This document shows, piece by piece, positions 50,344 through 64,000 of a DNA stretch of 64,000 nt (the stretch's first letter is position 1; every line of letters starts with the position of its first letter). The notes beneath the pieces are model-generated. The model saw nothing but the letters and a program-made list of their open reading frames with translations. It had not been told where the DNA came from and ran no database searches. Source of the stretch: Tubiluchus corallicola. Lineage: Eukaryota > Animalia > Priapulida. The position numbers and the translations under genes are program-made. The DNA is taken from positions 1 to 64,000 of the forward strand of contig JAQGDQ010000596.1 in the NCBI GenBank assembly GCA_030141605.1, given 5' to 3'.

Positions 50344-52624
50344 GTACACATACCGCAAAGTTATGTGTTCTATCAAAACTAAATCTCAAAACAACAATAA
50401 TAATGGTATTAATTATTATAACGATATTTCTAAATTAGTGCAGCTCCTACGTCACTCGCTTATTTGTTTTCCTAAAGTTGAAAGAGGTCTTAAAATGCGA
50501 GAGAAAGGGGGAATTCCTCTTTACAGCATGTAAGCTTTGTTAAAAAAAACCAGTTTACAGTTGAAATTTTAACGGCCGGCTTGTACTAGCTGAGAAATTG
50601 TGTCCATTTTGAACGCACGAGTAACTTAGGCTCGCTCTTGTCCACATGGGAAAAAGATTTGCTTTTAAATGCCTTTGAACTTCAGTTTACGTATCAAATC
50701 CATGCGTAATTTACTTACGAGGGTGAAGGTATTTAAGGGAAGACAAGATGATTTTTCATACACTAGAGTAAAAGTACAGTACAGTACAGTATACATTAAA
50801 CAGTACAGTATACAGTGTACAGAGTAAAAGTATACATTTTAACATTAATAATACTGCAAAAGCGTTTCTGATAATTAAATAATAGATCTTAATTAACGGC
50901 GCGCGAGCCCAACTATTCATGACATCACAAACTATCATAATTTTCAACAGCAAAAATATTCCACGAGCGTGTTGCACGTGTTTGCGTAAGCAAAAATTGA
51001 GGTCAAGTGTTACTGTAAGATATTCAGTGTGTTCTACTAAAACTAGGCAAGTTTTAAGATAAAAATTCAAATTTGAAATGTATAATCGATAATCGTCAGT
51101 CTATACAACAAATGCCTTGGATCCGCTCAAGCCGTCTGGCACTCTAGAACACATTTAATAAGTCATAATTAGTCCCTAAACTTCACAATAAAACAAAAGA
51201 GATTATTTTTGGACATAACATGAAATTTTGTGATTTGAAACTCACGAGTATTCCAGCTGACCACACAACCAAACTAGGTCGCCTATCCATAAACGAACCA
51301 GAACTGGCGAAACTTAGATTTTGCGAATCCGTTTCAGAGCTTAAATACATTATCCCGCACTGTGCCACCTTAGAATACTGCGTTTGAATACTGTGCCTTA
51401 AGAACAAGCAAAAAATATACAAAACGTTCCAAAAAAAACAATGTCCACTCAAGGTCAGTGGCTGCAACACGAAGGTCAAAATATGAATAAATGTATAAAA
51501 CATTAAAATTCATAGGACAAAGTTGCTAATGACAGAAGGTATCTGTTGTGTTCTTCTTGGATCGAGTGTGACCGAAGTTTTCAGGGAACAATTTTCTCGC
51601 AAAAAATTCCACAAAAAATCAACCCGAGGGAAAACTGAGTTTATAAACATTGGGAAGCTCCACAAAAAGACAGCGTTACGAACAACTGTCAGCGTTTAGG
51701 ACTCAGTAACCACATTGCTGATCGACAGCATTTTCCACTCAAGTAGAATTGATACCGGTTAGTCGATTGAGCACAAGGTGTCAGAAAACAACCGAACACA
51801 CAGAGAGACACACGGGTGTTGATAGTAAATGATCCATTTTACAACAGTTTAATGGGTTGTACCTGCGAGGCCTCGGGCACTTTCGCGTTTGTACCGAAAT
51901 TTTCACACAAACGCTACGCATTTTACGCATCCTGAACGGCTGTTTTAAAAACGTTCTGCTTTTAAACACGAATAAGCACGAACGACGCCTACCTTTACTG
52001 AACAATGAGCCTAAACAGTTTCATTCTGCGCATGCGCAGTTGTCGTAGGTCAAGGGTTAAGTATACCACAGCAATGCGTCTTAACTAAAACCGTCACGTG
52101 ACGTGGAGATGAAGCAAAGCCGCCTGCCTCATCAGTTCAGTAACTTTAGTTGTTTTACTTGGACTTAACTATACATTAGTCAGCACATAGAGTGGGTTAC
52201 TGGCAGAATCTTGCTTGGGAACAAGAAAAAATGAACTAGGTAAGGTTCTAGCTAGCTGTTAAACTGTTACTATTACAATAGCATGGGCTGCGAGGCGTCG
52301 GCAAGTGTACACAAATGTGTTGTCTGGTATACTTAACCTTTGACCTTTTAACGGTCATCATCAATCGCTGAAACTGCGAAAAGGCTTATGAGGCCTACTG
52401 AACTTGTGGCGATTGAAAAATTAGGTATACTCGTAATTTCAAGATCATTATTTTTAATTATGTCGAACGCAATGACCTTGAACTGATCTCGAAATTAAGA
52501 CTGTAACTATACTATAGCCTAGCGATTCAGACCCTAAATTCTATACAAAAAGTAATTTAATTGGTTAGCTAAAAAGCTCTAACGTAAGTGAATAAAAACC
52601 TTCAAAACTGATCGTCTAAGAATT

Positions 52625-52700
52625 GGATTAGAATAGCATAGCGGTCATGGCATTCGTCTTGTAAACAAAACATCCTTGGTTCAAATCCTGGCTCTGTTCC
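52625..52700 (+). mobile_element. tRNA-derived SINE head or tRNA pseudogene
   Basis: A-box-like TAGCATAGCGGT and B-box GGTTCAAATCC at tRNA-like spacing; stems degenerate. Confidence 0.5.
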
Positions 52701-53442
52701 AAGTTTTTCATATTTCCAGATTTGATTTGAAAATTCACTTATTCTGGGTTCACTAATCAATCATTAATCTGAATTTTGCAGTTTGAAAAAAATCAGTGAC
52801 CGTTTGTGGGATCATTTACGGAGGATGAGGAGATAATTATCAGCTGCATCGTGTCTCGAGAAGCTGCGGAAGCTGCCCTGTCGTTTATCTGCACTCCAAG
52901 GTGCAAGGATTTTGGTAGTAAAAACACATTTATCTTCAAGGGAAATAGAAAAAACATGGCGCAGAGATTATAACACCACGAAGCACGTGTCTTCAGCTGA
53001 AGTATGGAAGCCCAGAGTGGCATAATCATAGTAACATGCAGAGAAAGCCACTGATTCACAAACAAATATGAATTACCATTGACATGCTGAGCTGACTTAT
53101 GGATATCACTCATCAATGTAAGCTTGCGGCCACACTGAGCCTGCTCAGTAATTGGATGGACGTTTCATTTTATTACACTGCATCTAGCTGTTTGTCATTG
53201 AGAATGATTGCTCAGTATCAGTTCTGTGTCTCAACTTAGGGAATTAACTTTGGTAGTGAGTAGGTGCCGGTGTCGCCACACAATCACGAATTGATTAATC
53301 AAACTAAACCATCGATTGGTAGTGCTTTAATTTATATGATGTTAAATATTTAAGGTGCCACATGGATCCCGCGAAATAAAACTATGGCGCAGTACCATTC
53401 TGTGCAATTGTACATACTTTAGAAAAAGAGCTAAAGAGCTCG

Positions 53443-53571
53443 AGAGAGTGAGAGGGAGAGAGTGAGACAGAGAGAGAGAGAGTGCGGGAAAGAAAGAGAG
53501 AAAGAGAGAGAGAGGGAGAGAGAGAGTGAAAGAGAGAGAGAGAAAGAGACAAAGAGAGAAAGAGAGAGAGG

Positions 53572-53650
<79 letters not shown>

Positions 53651-53679
53651 GAGATAGACAGAGTGAGAGAGAGTGAGAC

Positions 53680-53751
<72 letters not shown>

Positions 53752-53850
53752 GAGAGAGGGGGAAAGAGAGACTAAGAGAAAGAGAGAGAGAGATGAGAGA
53801 TGGGGAGATAGTGAGTAAGAGTGAGAGAAAGACATGAGAAAAAAGAGGGG

Positions 53851-53898
<48 letters not shown>
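53443..53898. repeat. (GA)n microsatellite
   Basis: Direct inspection. Confidence 0.95.
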
Positions 53899-53901
<3 letters not shown>

Positions 53902-54261
53902 TTGATAAATTTACTGTGTTTACTCAGTAACATAAATAAAATCATAAATCATTTACAACTGCTCAGCGTCGTACTAATAAGTCAGTCCAGTTTCTCGGTT
54001 TCTTCACTGATTATTATAAAACATAAATTCACAGAAAACGTTTAATCCTAAAACAAACATGGCGCTGTTTGTCAAGCAGGTACAGTCAGTAACTCAATAA
54101 GACGTAAGCAGTCACGTGACCGGTTAAAATGAAACTCATATTGAAATTCGAACTGCTGAACTTGTAATCCAAAACGCCAACGCAGCCACTATTGTATATT
54201 AATGTGTCATCTTTTATATCTATTCTTATGGCACATACAAGAGCGCTAACAACGAGTGAAA

Positions 54262-54272
54262 CATCGTCGTCG

Positions 54273-54317
<45 letters not shown>

Positions 54318-54377
54318 ACAGCAGCAGCAGCAGCATTGTCGTTGTAATCATCGTCATAATCACCGTCATCGTTAACG

Positions 54378-54411
<34 letters not shown>

Positions 54412-54640
54412 TATCCTCAACGTCGTCATAATCATCGTCATAATCACCGTCATCGTCACCGTCATCGTTAACGTCATTATCATCATCATCACCACCATTA
54501 ACCTCAACGTCGTCATAATCATCATCACTATTACCGTCATCGTTGACGCCATCATCGTCATCATTATCATTGCCATCCTCATGATTATGGTTGTCATCAT
54601 CGCTGTTATAGTCACTATCGTCATCATCGCCGTTGTCACC
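54262..54640. repeat. Degenerate (CAT)n microsatellite with an internal duplication
   Basis: Direct inspection. Confidence 0.9.
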
Positions 54641-54825
54641 TTCCAGAAATATTTAGATGACCTACTATGTCCAAAGATGCAAAACGCTTCAGTTCACTAT
54701 GAAAGGATGAAGAAGAAGAAGAAGAAGAAGAAGACGGGTAATTAAAGTAATGAAATGTTAAAACAACATGTTTTCTAGTGAAAAAGACAAAATGACCTTG
54801 AAGAAACTACAAGTTACTTCAACAG

Positions 54826-54966
54826 GACGTCTTCATGGTGGTTTCCCTTATTGCCTGCAGGAAAATCTATTTTTACTGTTGCCATCTACTGCCTCAAGAC
54901 GTCTTCGTGGTGGTTTCCCTTATTGCCTGCAGGAAAATCTAATTCTACTGTTGCCATCTACTGCCC
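54826..54966. repeat. 72-bp tandem duplication
   Basis: gacgtcttc.tggtggtttcccttattgcctgcaggaaaatcta...tgccatctactgcc at 54826 and 54898. Confidence 0.9.
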
Positions 54967-55769
54967 CAACTCGACAAAGCCAAAATTCATCAGCTTCAGA
55001 CAAGCAAAAACGTTCTGGATAAACAGGAGAAGTTTGTAGCCATAACGTCTTGGGAGTCATCCAGTCGATAAATCTATTTGATGAGTCTGGTATCTAACAA
55101 GTTGTACGAGTGCTGTATATAAGAACCTCTTACATCCCTTATAGAGTTACCACCACCAACAGGACGAAGCCAGAAAACCATCGACTGAAGTTAATCAATT
55201 TCTAAGGACAGTCTGAAGCCAAGCATTTCGTTTTAGATGATTAATTTGTCTGGCGAAATCAAATAAATCTGTTCTAGGCAATGAAGTCTGCGTGTAAAAC
55301 ATCAGTTTGGATAAATTTTGCAAAATGCGAGTATAGATGATAATAAAATTGGAGATTTCTGTCTGTTAATTACATTATTTTGAACAATTATACGTCTTTT
55401 ACTCACTAAACTAACCCTTTGGTTGTTTTTTGTACGAATTGTACAGCTAGGAAGTACAGAGAAGCTTTTAACAAATTTCTGATTGTTTTTTTACTAAAAT
55501 GAATCTTCGAACTACTCATTTTCACCAAGTGTTTTCAAATAAATCAAGCCAATGAATGATTTATGCAGCAATGAAATGAATGATGGATCAATTTTTCTCT
55601 CAACTTGCATGTGCATCTAGAATTTCACCAGCTTCAAATGATTAGTTTTCTTTTCTATACTTCTGTACCGATTAGTGAAATATTAAAAGCTTCTGAAGCC
55701 AGTTTGATGAAGCCAGACGAAGAACAACTAATAATCTCCCAGCTTCCGAAGATTTCATACTTTAAGATA

Positions 55770-56623
55770 TGAAATATGTGAAATACGTGATCTACATGTG
55801 AAATATGTGATCTATATGTGAAATATATGATCTATATGTAAAATATGTGATCTATATGTGAAATGCGTGATCTACGTGTGAAATATGTGATCTATATATG
55901 AAATATATGATCTATATGTGAAATATGTGATCTACATGTGAAATATGTGATCTATATGTGAAATATGCGATCCATATGTGAAATATGCGATCTATATGTG
56001 AAATATGTGATCTATATGTGAAATATGCGATCTATATGTGAAATATGTGATCTATATGTGAAATATGCGATCTATATGTGAAATATATGATCTATATGTG
56101 AAATATATGATCTTTGTGTGAAATATATGATCTATATGTGAAATATATGATCTATATATGAAATATATGATCTATATGTGAAATATATGATCTATATGTA
56201 AAATATGTGATCTATATACGAAATATATGATCCATATGTGAAATATGCGATCTATATGTGAAATATGTGATCTATATGTGAAATATGCGATCTATATGTG
56301 AAATATGTGATCTATATGTGAAATATGCGATCTATATGTGAAATATGTGATCTATATATGAAATATATGATCATTGTGTGAAATATATGATCTATATGTG
56401 AAATATATGATCTATATATGAAATATATGATCTATATGTGAAATATATGATCTATATGTGAAATATGTGATCTATAGGTGAAATATACGATCTATAGGTG
56501 AAATATGCGATCTATATGTGAAATATGCGATCTATGTGTGAAATATATGATCTATATATGAAATATATGATCTATGTGTGAAATATATGATCTATATGTG
56601 AAATATATGATGTATATGTGAAA
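55770..56623. repeat. 20-bp minisatellite, about 42 copies
   Basis: Unit aaatatgtgatctatatgtg. Confidence 0.96.
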
Positions 56624-57239
56624 CTATTAATATAAAAAAATCTTAGCAGGAGGTTAATTTTTCATGTCAAAACCTCAAACTGATGACAGAAAAGTACCGT
56701 GAATGATCAGTAAGCACCCCGAGTCTAGCTACGCCACATAAATACAGCAGCAATACGCACCCCTAAGTTCTAGCTATGCCACACAACATTTCCTTTAAGA
56801 ACTCATTAGTTTTCATCAAGTTTACACATGGGAACAAACATTGGCTTGACCTCACTTATCTGTTGTAGATTAAGACCCAACAAAATGCGATAATGAAATC
56901 TATCATACGTATTCTTTCCGTTAATTGACTTGCTAAGAAAAATAAAAACTTAATTGGGCCAAGTGATAAGAAAAAATCACGGAGAAAAATTTTCAGAATA
57001 AATAACTATTTTTTACAATCTATTTGAAGGCCCATTAATATAGTGCATTCTCAACTCTGCGTTGGTTCTAATGCAAAGAAATTCCCTAGCTGTTCCATCC
57101 ACTCGGTAAGACAAAAGAAACTTCTCTAAGACATATCATAATTAGGCTTTCAAATGTCTGTAAACATCAGTTAATGTTGCTACCAAAATGTGTGATTTAG
57201 TTGTACAAATGAACACTTAGATTGGAAACCAAACTTAAA

Positions 57240-57790
57240 TATGATTCATTCTAAAATTGCTAAAAACAATGAGTCGAGTTAAACATTGTTTTACTAAAGA
57301 ACATCTTATCACACTTTACAATTTTCTAGTACTGCCATACTTAACCTACTGTAATATACTTTGGGGGCACACCTACCCTTCATGTCTACTTAAATTAAAC
57401 TCCCTACAACGTAAGTTTATAAGATTGATAGGTAATTTGCACAAGCGTGAACGGGTAGGTCTTAACCTTTTTAAGAACTATTCTATCCTAGTGCTAAATG
57501 ATCTAATAAACCTAAATATAGCTACTTAAATATACAAAACCAAACATAAACTTCTTCCCACTTTCTTTCTAAACCCATTATCTATTAACGTAAGACATTA
57601 TCTATGAACAACATCCAATGAATTTCTTATTAAATATTGCAGGACTGATGCTGCAAGGCACTTCATCACTAACACTGGCCCTAGACTTTCGAATAACATC
57701 AACGAATATATAAAAAATTCTTTATCTGTAAATAACTTCAAAAGAAATTTTAAAAGAGAAATCTTTTCTAATTATGCAGAATAAATCTCT
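57240..57790 (+). mobile_element. CR1/L2-group LINE ORF2 C-terminal remnant
   Basis: LITLYNFLVLPYLTYCNILWGHTY..L..LQRKFIRLI..LFKNYSIL..DL is a typical post-RT motif; stops follow downstream. Confidence 0.8.
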
Positions 57791-60445
57791 TCAACTTCCT
57801 TTTCTGTTACTTTACTGCATCTTTTTCTCAATCCACATTCATATTAGCTGCTAGGAACAAGTAATTACTTCTTAAGCAACATATAGGCAGTTAGCATCTT
57901 GCCACTTTCGGTAGATAATAAATATGTTAACAGTCTTTATTGCAGTGCTACGCTGTAATGGTCTATTGTGGCTTTCTACAATAAACAAATTAAAAAAACT
58001 CTCAACCTGCCCAAACACACAAACCAAAACGTAAGTTTAATTTAAACTTGATTTATTTATAGAGGATTTACAAAACAGACTGCCTCTCACACAGGTATGT
58101 CCGGTGCAAGTGCTGAGTGCAAAGTTGTAATAAAAGAATAATGGACATCAGTAGTGACGAAAACTGTGTGATTTAACATCACAAATAATGATTATCACAC
58201 TCAGTTCGATAAAACATTTGATTCAATTACAATCAGCAGATGGTGATTAAACTTACATACACGATTTTTCAGATTTTTAGATTTATAGATTTAATGGATA
58301 TATTTCGCAATAAACATATACATATAAATTACATGGGCATCGATACTCAGTTTTTGTCAATACAAAAATATGATACAATTCATGAATTTTGCGTTAGAGA
58401 CCTAAGAAGCTAGCTTATGGTAGGCCACTAGAATTAGTTACGAAAAAATTACAATATATACAGATACAGTATCACAATATATACAAATATAAATATGGGT
58501 GGGCAAGTAATAAAAATATTTTTATACTAGAGGGGAAGTTTTTGAAAATGAAAAACAACAAATCATGATTGAGTGATCAGTTATATGTTTCATGTAAGTT
58601 TAATTTATAATTTTTTACAATTTTATATAATTATATTTTTTACATTTTTTTATAATTAATTTATACTACACGAACAGTATAAACGCAATATTTTAATAAT
58701 AACAGTACTAATGAAAATGTATTTACAAAGTAAGTTGACTGATTAATATTTAACAGTAAATTCTATTGTATTGCGAAACGAAAAGTTTATTTAATAAACT
58801 GCTGTAATAAAGTATGGATAATAAATCAAGATGGCTGAGCAGTTTTGAATTTTTCGAATATGTTTCTATATAATAGCAAAACAAGCAGACAGAAGGACTG
58901 ACAGATTTAATACGATTGTCAACTAGTACAGGACGTCTCTAGATAACATCCTTCATCAGACAACCAATCACAAACCAATACATAACCACGAATCTGACAA
59001 ACCGCTAAAGATAAGCAATTCATGCAGAAACTGCTCGACCCTGGTACTGGGTAACTGCATGCAGGACAGCCAACCCCACGGGACGCTCAATACGATCGAT
59101 GCTCCATCTACATAATGTTTGATCATCTGAATCTCAGTGCAAACAAAATGTTTTCGTATAGAATTCGATTTGGCAGAACAAGTGCCCTGGACTGCCCGGC
59201 AAAACCACAGCGTAAATAGATAGCAATATTAGAAGAAAAAGAACAGGCATTGTGTTGCGTAAACTGCAATGATGCGCTGTCGAATTATATCCGTCTAATC
59301 CAATCAAGTCGTAAAAGTAATTATAATAAACGATCGATGCGCTGCAGATATATCTTCTGCCACGTCTTTAAAGGAAAAGACAATGATTTTTCACATCCTA
59401 CCCCATTTTAAAGTATGGACAAAATTTAATGTATACATTTTAACAGCACTAATACTGCAAAAAACGTTTCTGATAATTTAATAATAGTTTAAAATCTTAA
59501 CTACGAGCAGGCGAGCTCAATTATTGACGACATCACAAACTAACATAATTTTGAACAGCAAAAACATTCCACGAGCGTGTTGCACGTGTTTGTGAAAGAG
59601 AAAATTGAAGTACAGTGATACTGTAAGATATTCAGTGTGTTGTACTAAACTAAAATTCGGCAAGCCTTAAGATAAAAATTCAAATTTACCGCTGTGCTCA
59701 CGCGTGAGCTGTTGAACGTCTGTAGTTCGTCACAAACTAACACATCTGAACTGAGAGATACAACACCTGTTTTTGTGCAATGTGTTTCTGAAATACAAGC
59801 ACTAGTACCCGTCTAACTAGCGAATAGCAAAATGCATGTAACGGCGAGAACTAGTGGCGCGAACGTGAAATTGTGTTTGTGTGGTAATAATTCTTTAACG
59901 TAAGTCATTCTTTAAAATGACTGGCTCGTCACTCTGATTTCGGTTCGTGACGAGGCGGTAACCCAAACGGGAACGAATTCGTGCAGGTCCTGTAAAACAG
60001 GAAAAATCCCGAGGAAAGTATTTCCTCTCTGGACAACTTACAGTGACTGTTGTTAATAATATAGCAGATTCACAGATACTGTAATTATCAGAGATGCTTT
60101 GTCACGTTCGACTAAAGTTAACACAATAGCCCAGTTGAAGGCGGCGAATTCGTCCACATTAACTCAACCTTATTTAATAATATTTGACCAAACACAATGG
60201 CGCCTATTTTGTGTGAAAACAGTGGAAAATTAGACCTTGCTTTGCGCGGTATAGACGTACCCCCGCAGATAGCGTGTGGAAGAGACAGCAGGTACAAAGA
60301 ACGTACTGTCATCGATACGAGGCATTATAGACGGATAAAACCACACAGTAAGACGACGCGTTGGATTCCAGCATTCTCAAACGACGTGCTTTTACTACGA
60401 GAGTCTGTCTTCAATCGTGTCCAATGTCCGCACAGACATTGAAGT

Positions 60446-60476
60446 TTGCTGCTGTTGCTGTTGCTGTTGCTGTTGT

Positions 60477-60511
<35 letters not shown>

Positions 60512-60699
60512 TTGTTGTTGTTGTTTTTTCTTCGCTTCTTTCTCTTTTTCGTTTTTATCTTCGCTTCTTTCTCTTTCTTTCCTTCTTTTTTCCTTTATTT
60601 TTTTCACATCTTTCTCTCTCTCTCCTATCTCTCTCTCTCTCTTTCTGTCTCTCCCCCTCTCTCTCTCTCTCTCCCTCCCCCTCTCTCTCCCCTCTCTAT

Positions 60700-60733
<34 letters not shown>

Positions 60734-60780
60734 CCCTCTCTCTCTCCCTCTCTCTCTCCCCACTCTCTCTCTTCTTTCTC
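60446..60780. repeat. (TGT/TGC)n followed by (CT)n microsatellites
   Basis: Direct inspection. Confidence 0.93.
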
Positions 60781-61394
60781 AGTTTAAAGGTGATGCAGAT
60801 CTTTTACGCGTAACTTTCAAAGAAAGCTTTAGTATGTTACCCATTCAGTGAAGTACAGCACTTGTCCCAAAGCAAAGCTAACGTATTAGCTATAGGTAAT
60901 GCTATGTATAGATTATTCATAGAAGTTTTCGCTGACAGCACAAGAAACGTGCCCTGGGTAAATTGAATCAGCCTAAACAGGGTTACGCTTTCTGACTTCC
61001 AAACTTTCATAGTGTTGAGAACACCTTTCACTATTACTACTGTACATTTTAATGAATGGAATGACGTAAGCTGATGAGATCTTCTCAGCTGTGCAAAGTA
61101 AATTTTGATGAATTATACACGCTTGGATTTATGAATGAGTTCATTCTTTGCTAAAATTGGTTCCATTCAAAGCTTGCTGTGTTTCGATGCAAGCGCCAAC
61201 AGGGAGCCAGATACGCTTCCAAAAAATCAATAAAATATGTTAATTATATTAAATATAAATATCTGTGAGCGACCAGAGAGTGGAGAGAGACAGGTGGTGA
61301 TCGAAAATACCCTGCCATGGTTTCTTTTTGTAGAGATAATGTAATTGAGTTGACAACATCTGTGTAATCTGTTCTTACCTCTGACGTTTCCTTC

Positions 61395-61574
<180 letters not shown>

Positions 61575-63660
61575 ATTCTCTCTTTCTTACTTCTCCCTTT
61601 ATTGCTTATTTCTGTGTATTATGCAATAGCATTAAGAGCATTACAGTAACTTTTCTTTAGTTTAATTGCTGCTCCCTTGTTTTGTTATGAGCACAAATAA
61701 GTACTGCTGAGAAATAAACTAAACTCGAACTTAAAGCAAATCCGGACCCAATCTCAAACTCAAGGTCAAAACAATCTACTCTTTACAACATTGAAAGGAA
61801 ACATATTATTTTTTTCAGGAATGGTTTACGTGAAAGAATTATTACTACACAAACACAATTTCACATTTGCACCAATAGTTCTTCGCTGTTACATGATTTT
61901 CGTCATTTGCTAGTTAGATGACCACTAGCACCTACATTTCAGCAACGCGTTGCACAAAAAACAGGTGCTGCACCTCTCAGATCAAATGTGTTAGTTTGTG
62001 ACGTTCGACAGCTTATGCGTGAACACAGCAGTAAATTTGAATTTTTATCTAAAAACTTGCCTAGTTTTAGTGCAACACACTGAACCTCTTACATTAGTAC
62101 TGTACTTCAATTTTTGCTTTCGTAAATACGTGCAATGCGCTCGTGGAATATTTTTGCTGTTAAAAATTATGTTAGTTTGTGATGTCATCAATAGTTGGGG
62201 TCGCCCGCGGTTAATTAAGCTTTTAATCTACCTGTTCTACCATTCAATTATCAGAAACGCTTTTGCAGTATTAATTGTGTTAAAATGTATACTTGCTATC
62301 GGATTTGAAAATCGGGTAGTATGTACAATCATCCTGTCTTCCTCTAAATAGCGAACAGTATTTTTCATACATTATTTTAAACTTTTTACGACAAAAATCT
62401 GTAAAAGGGAAGGTATACATTGCGGTCAAGTCAGAAGACCTTCCCCAGAATAAAAAGAGGTTAGAAGAGGTGCGACTTGCAAATCTCCGAGACAATTGGT
62501 AAGAAAAACGCGAGGTCGGTATGTCACAAGAACATGTAAATTTGCTAGGCAAATTCTGTAGTACACTGTGAATCCAAACTGCACACAAAAGCTTACCACA
62601 CAGTGTACCCAGGGAAAGGCATAATGATTTCTGTCAATACAAGCAGTAAGATTTGTGTTCTTCAGTTTTTTTATTTATATGATTCGAGGATTGAACTCAG
62701 TTCTTTTACATTGGTAGAAATATTGCCTGTAGACATACCTTTACCTGTGTAACTAATTAAATTCAAATAAGTTTTTGAAGTTTATTTAGTATTCCCGCCT
62801 CGTCATCAAGTCGTCTGGTACAACCTTTCTACTGTCCAAAACGTCATTTTTTTATAAATTATAACTTGTCTGAGCTGAGAAATATGGATATAACGATGTT
62901 GGGTGTGTACCTGCTAGAGGTACAGATTTTGTTAAAGGGAAAGGTCAACCTTTCTAGGAGGTTAGATTTATTTCAATGTTCGCGAAAAATGTTAGAATGA
63001 TTTAGTAATAAAACTGCAATAAGCCTCTCGTGTAACTAGTAAAATCACTTTAAAGTCGCGATCACTTCATGTTTGAGCACTCCCATTTTCAACGCCCATT
63101 CTTCCAATGACGTCATTCGTCTTGAACAAAAGTAGCGCACTGTCAATCTTCATTAAAAGTACAGTAAGTTTTTACAAAAAAAATAGATAACTAATTTTGT
63201 AATATTTTTGCGTGAAAATTAGGTAAACTGCAGAAGTTTGATTCGTTTAAGCAGCGCGCACTTACGGAAAGCCACGATGCGCTTACGAAAAGCCTTGAAA
63301 TCTCCCAGTTACGTCGTGATTTTCAAGTGAATGGAGGCAACTACCACGCCTGAAAATTTCTGTTCAGAGGTAGTTCATTTTAAATTTATGCTTGACAGGC
63401 AGTTCTTTGCAAATTTCGTTGTTATATTTTCTAAGTTTAAATGATAACAGTAAAATAAATCCAATATACTCAGCTGTATATACCGCTAACCCAACAATAA
63501 TAATAAGCCGATATACTGACTGACTTCTTCATTCATTTAAATGAGAACAGGACGTTTTGCGCAGGAGAACAGGAGTCTACCTCAGGTAATATACATCTTA
63601 CTGTCTGTAAATATGTAGCCTGAAAGCTTAGTTAAAGGTCTATGACTACAGGTCTCTCCC

Positions 63661-64000
<340 letters not shown>

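Noticed and set aside
52625-52700. Functional tRNA gene (also 40321-40385)
   Set aside because: Pol III boxes are present, but acceptor and anticodon stems do not pair properly.
61998-62351. Mutually similar ORFs (NFYLKTCLVLVQHTE...; also 35121, 50756, 24548) as a gene family
   Set aside because: All lie within K2 MITE copies, frames are not consistently preserved and no protein motif is recognisable.

Overview
Animal (invertebrate, probably arthropod-like) AT-rich genomic DNA. The window covers the 5' part of a multiplexin (collagen XV/XVIII, Drosophila Mp-like) gene on the minus strand. I could join 11 GT-AG exons (20129 down to 615) into one reading frame: TSPN/LamG domain, then interrupted Gly-X-Y with Ser-Gly linkers. 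The gene continues beyond position 1 and its signal-peptide exon is not securely located. Everything above 20130 is probably a large intron or upstream region. It is packed with TTAA-flanked Kolobok-like MITEs (4 families), another ~400-bp MITE, hAT and Harbinger-like elements, LINE remnants, minisatellites and microsatellites. Three observations stand out. (1) A 37-unit, 35-bp array is a tandem amplification of a real 5' splice site of the collagen gene. (2) A 362-aa single-ORF, secreted-looking Cys/mucin/poly-Lys protein lies on the same strand upstream of the TSPN exon. (3) Several tandem arrays are amplified transposon ends or junctions. All calls are by eye, with no database searches.
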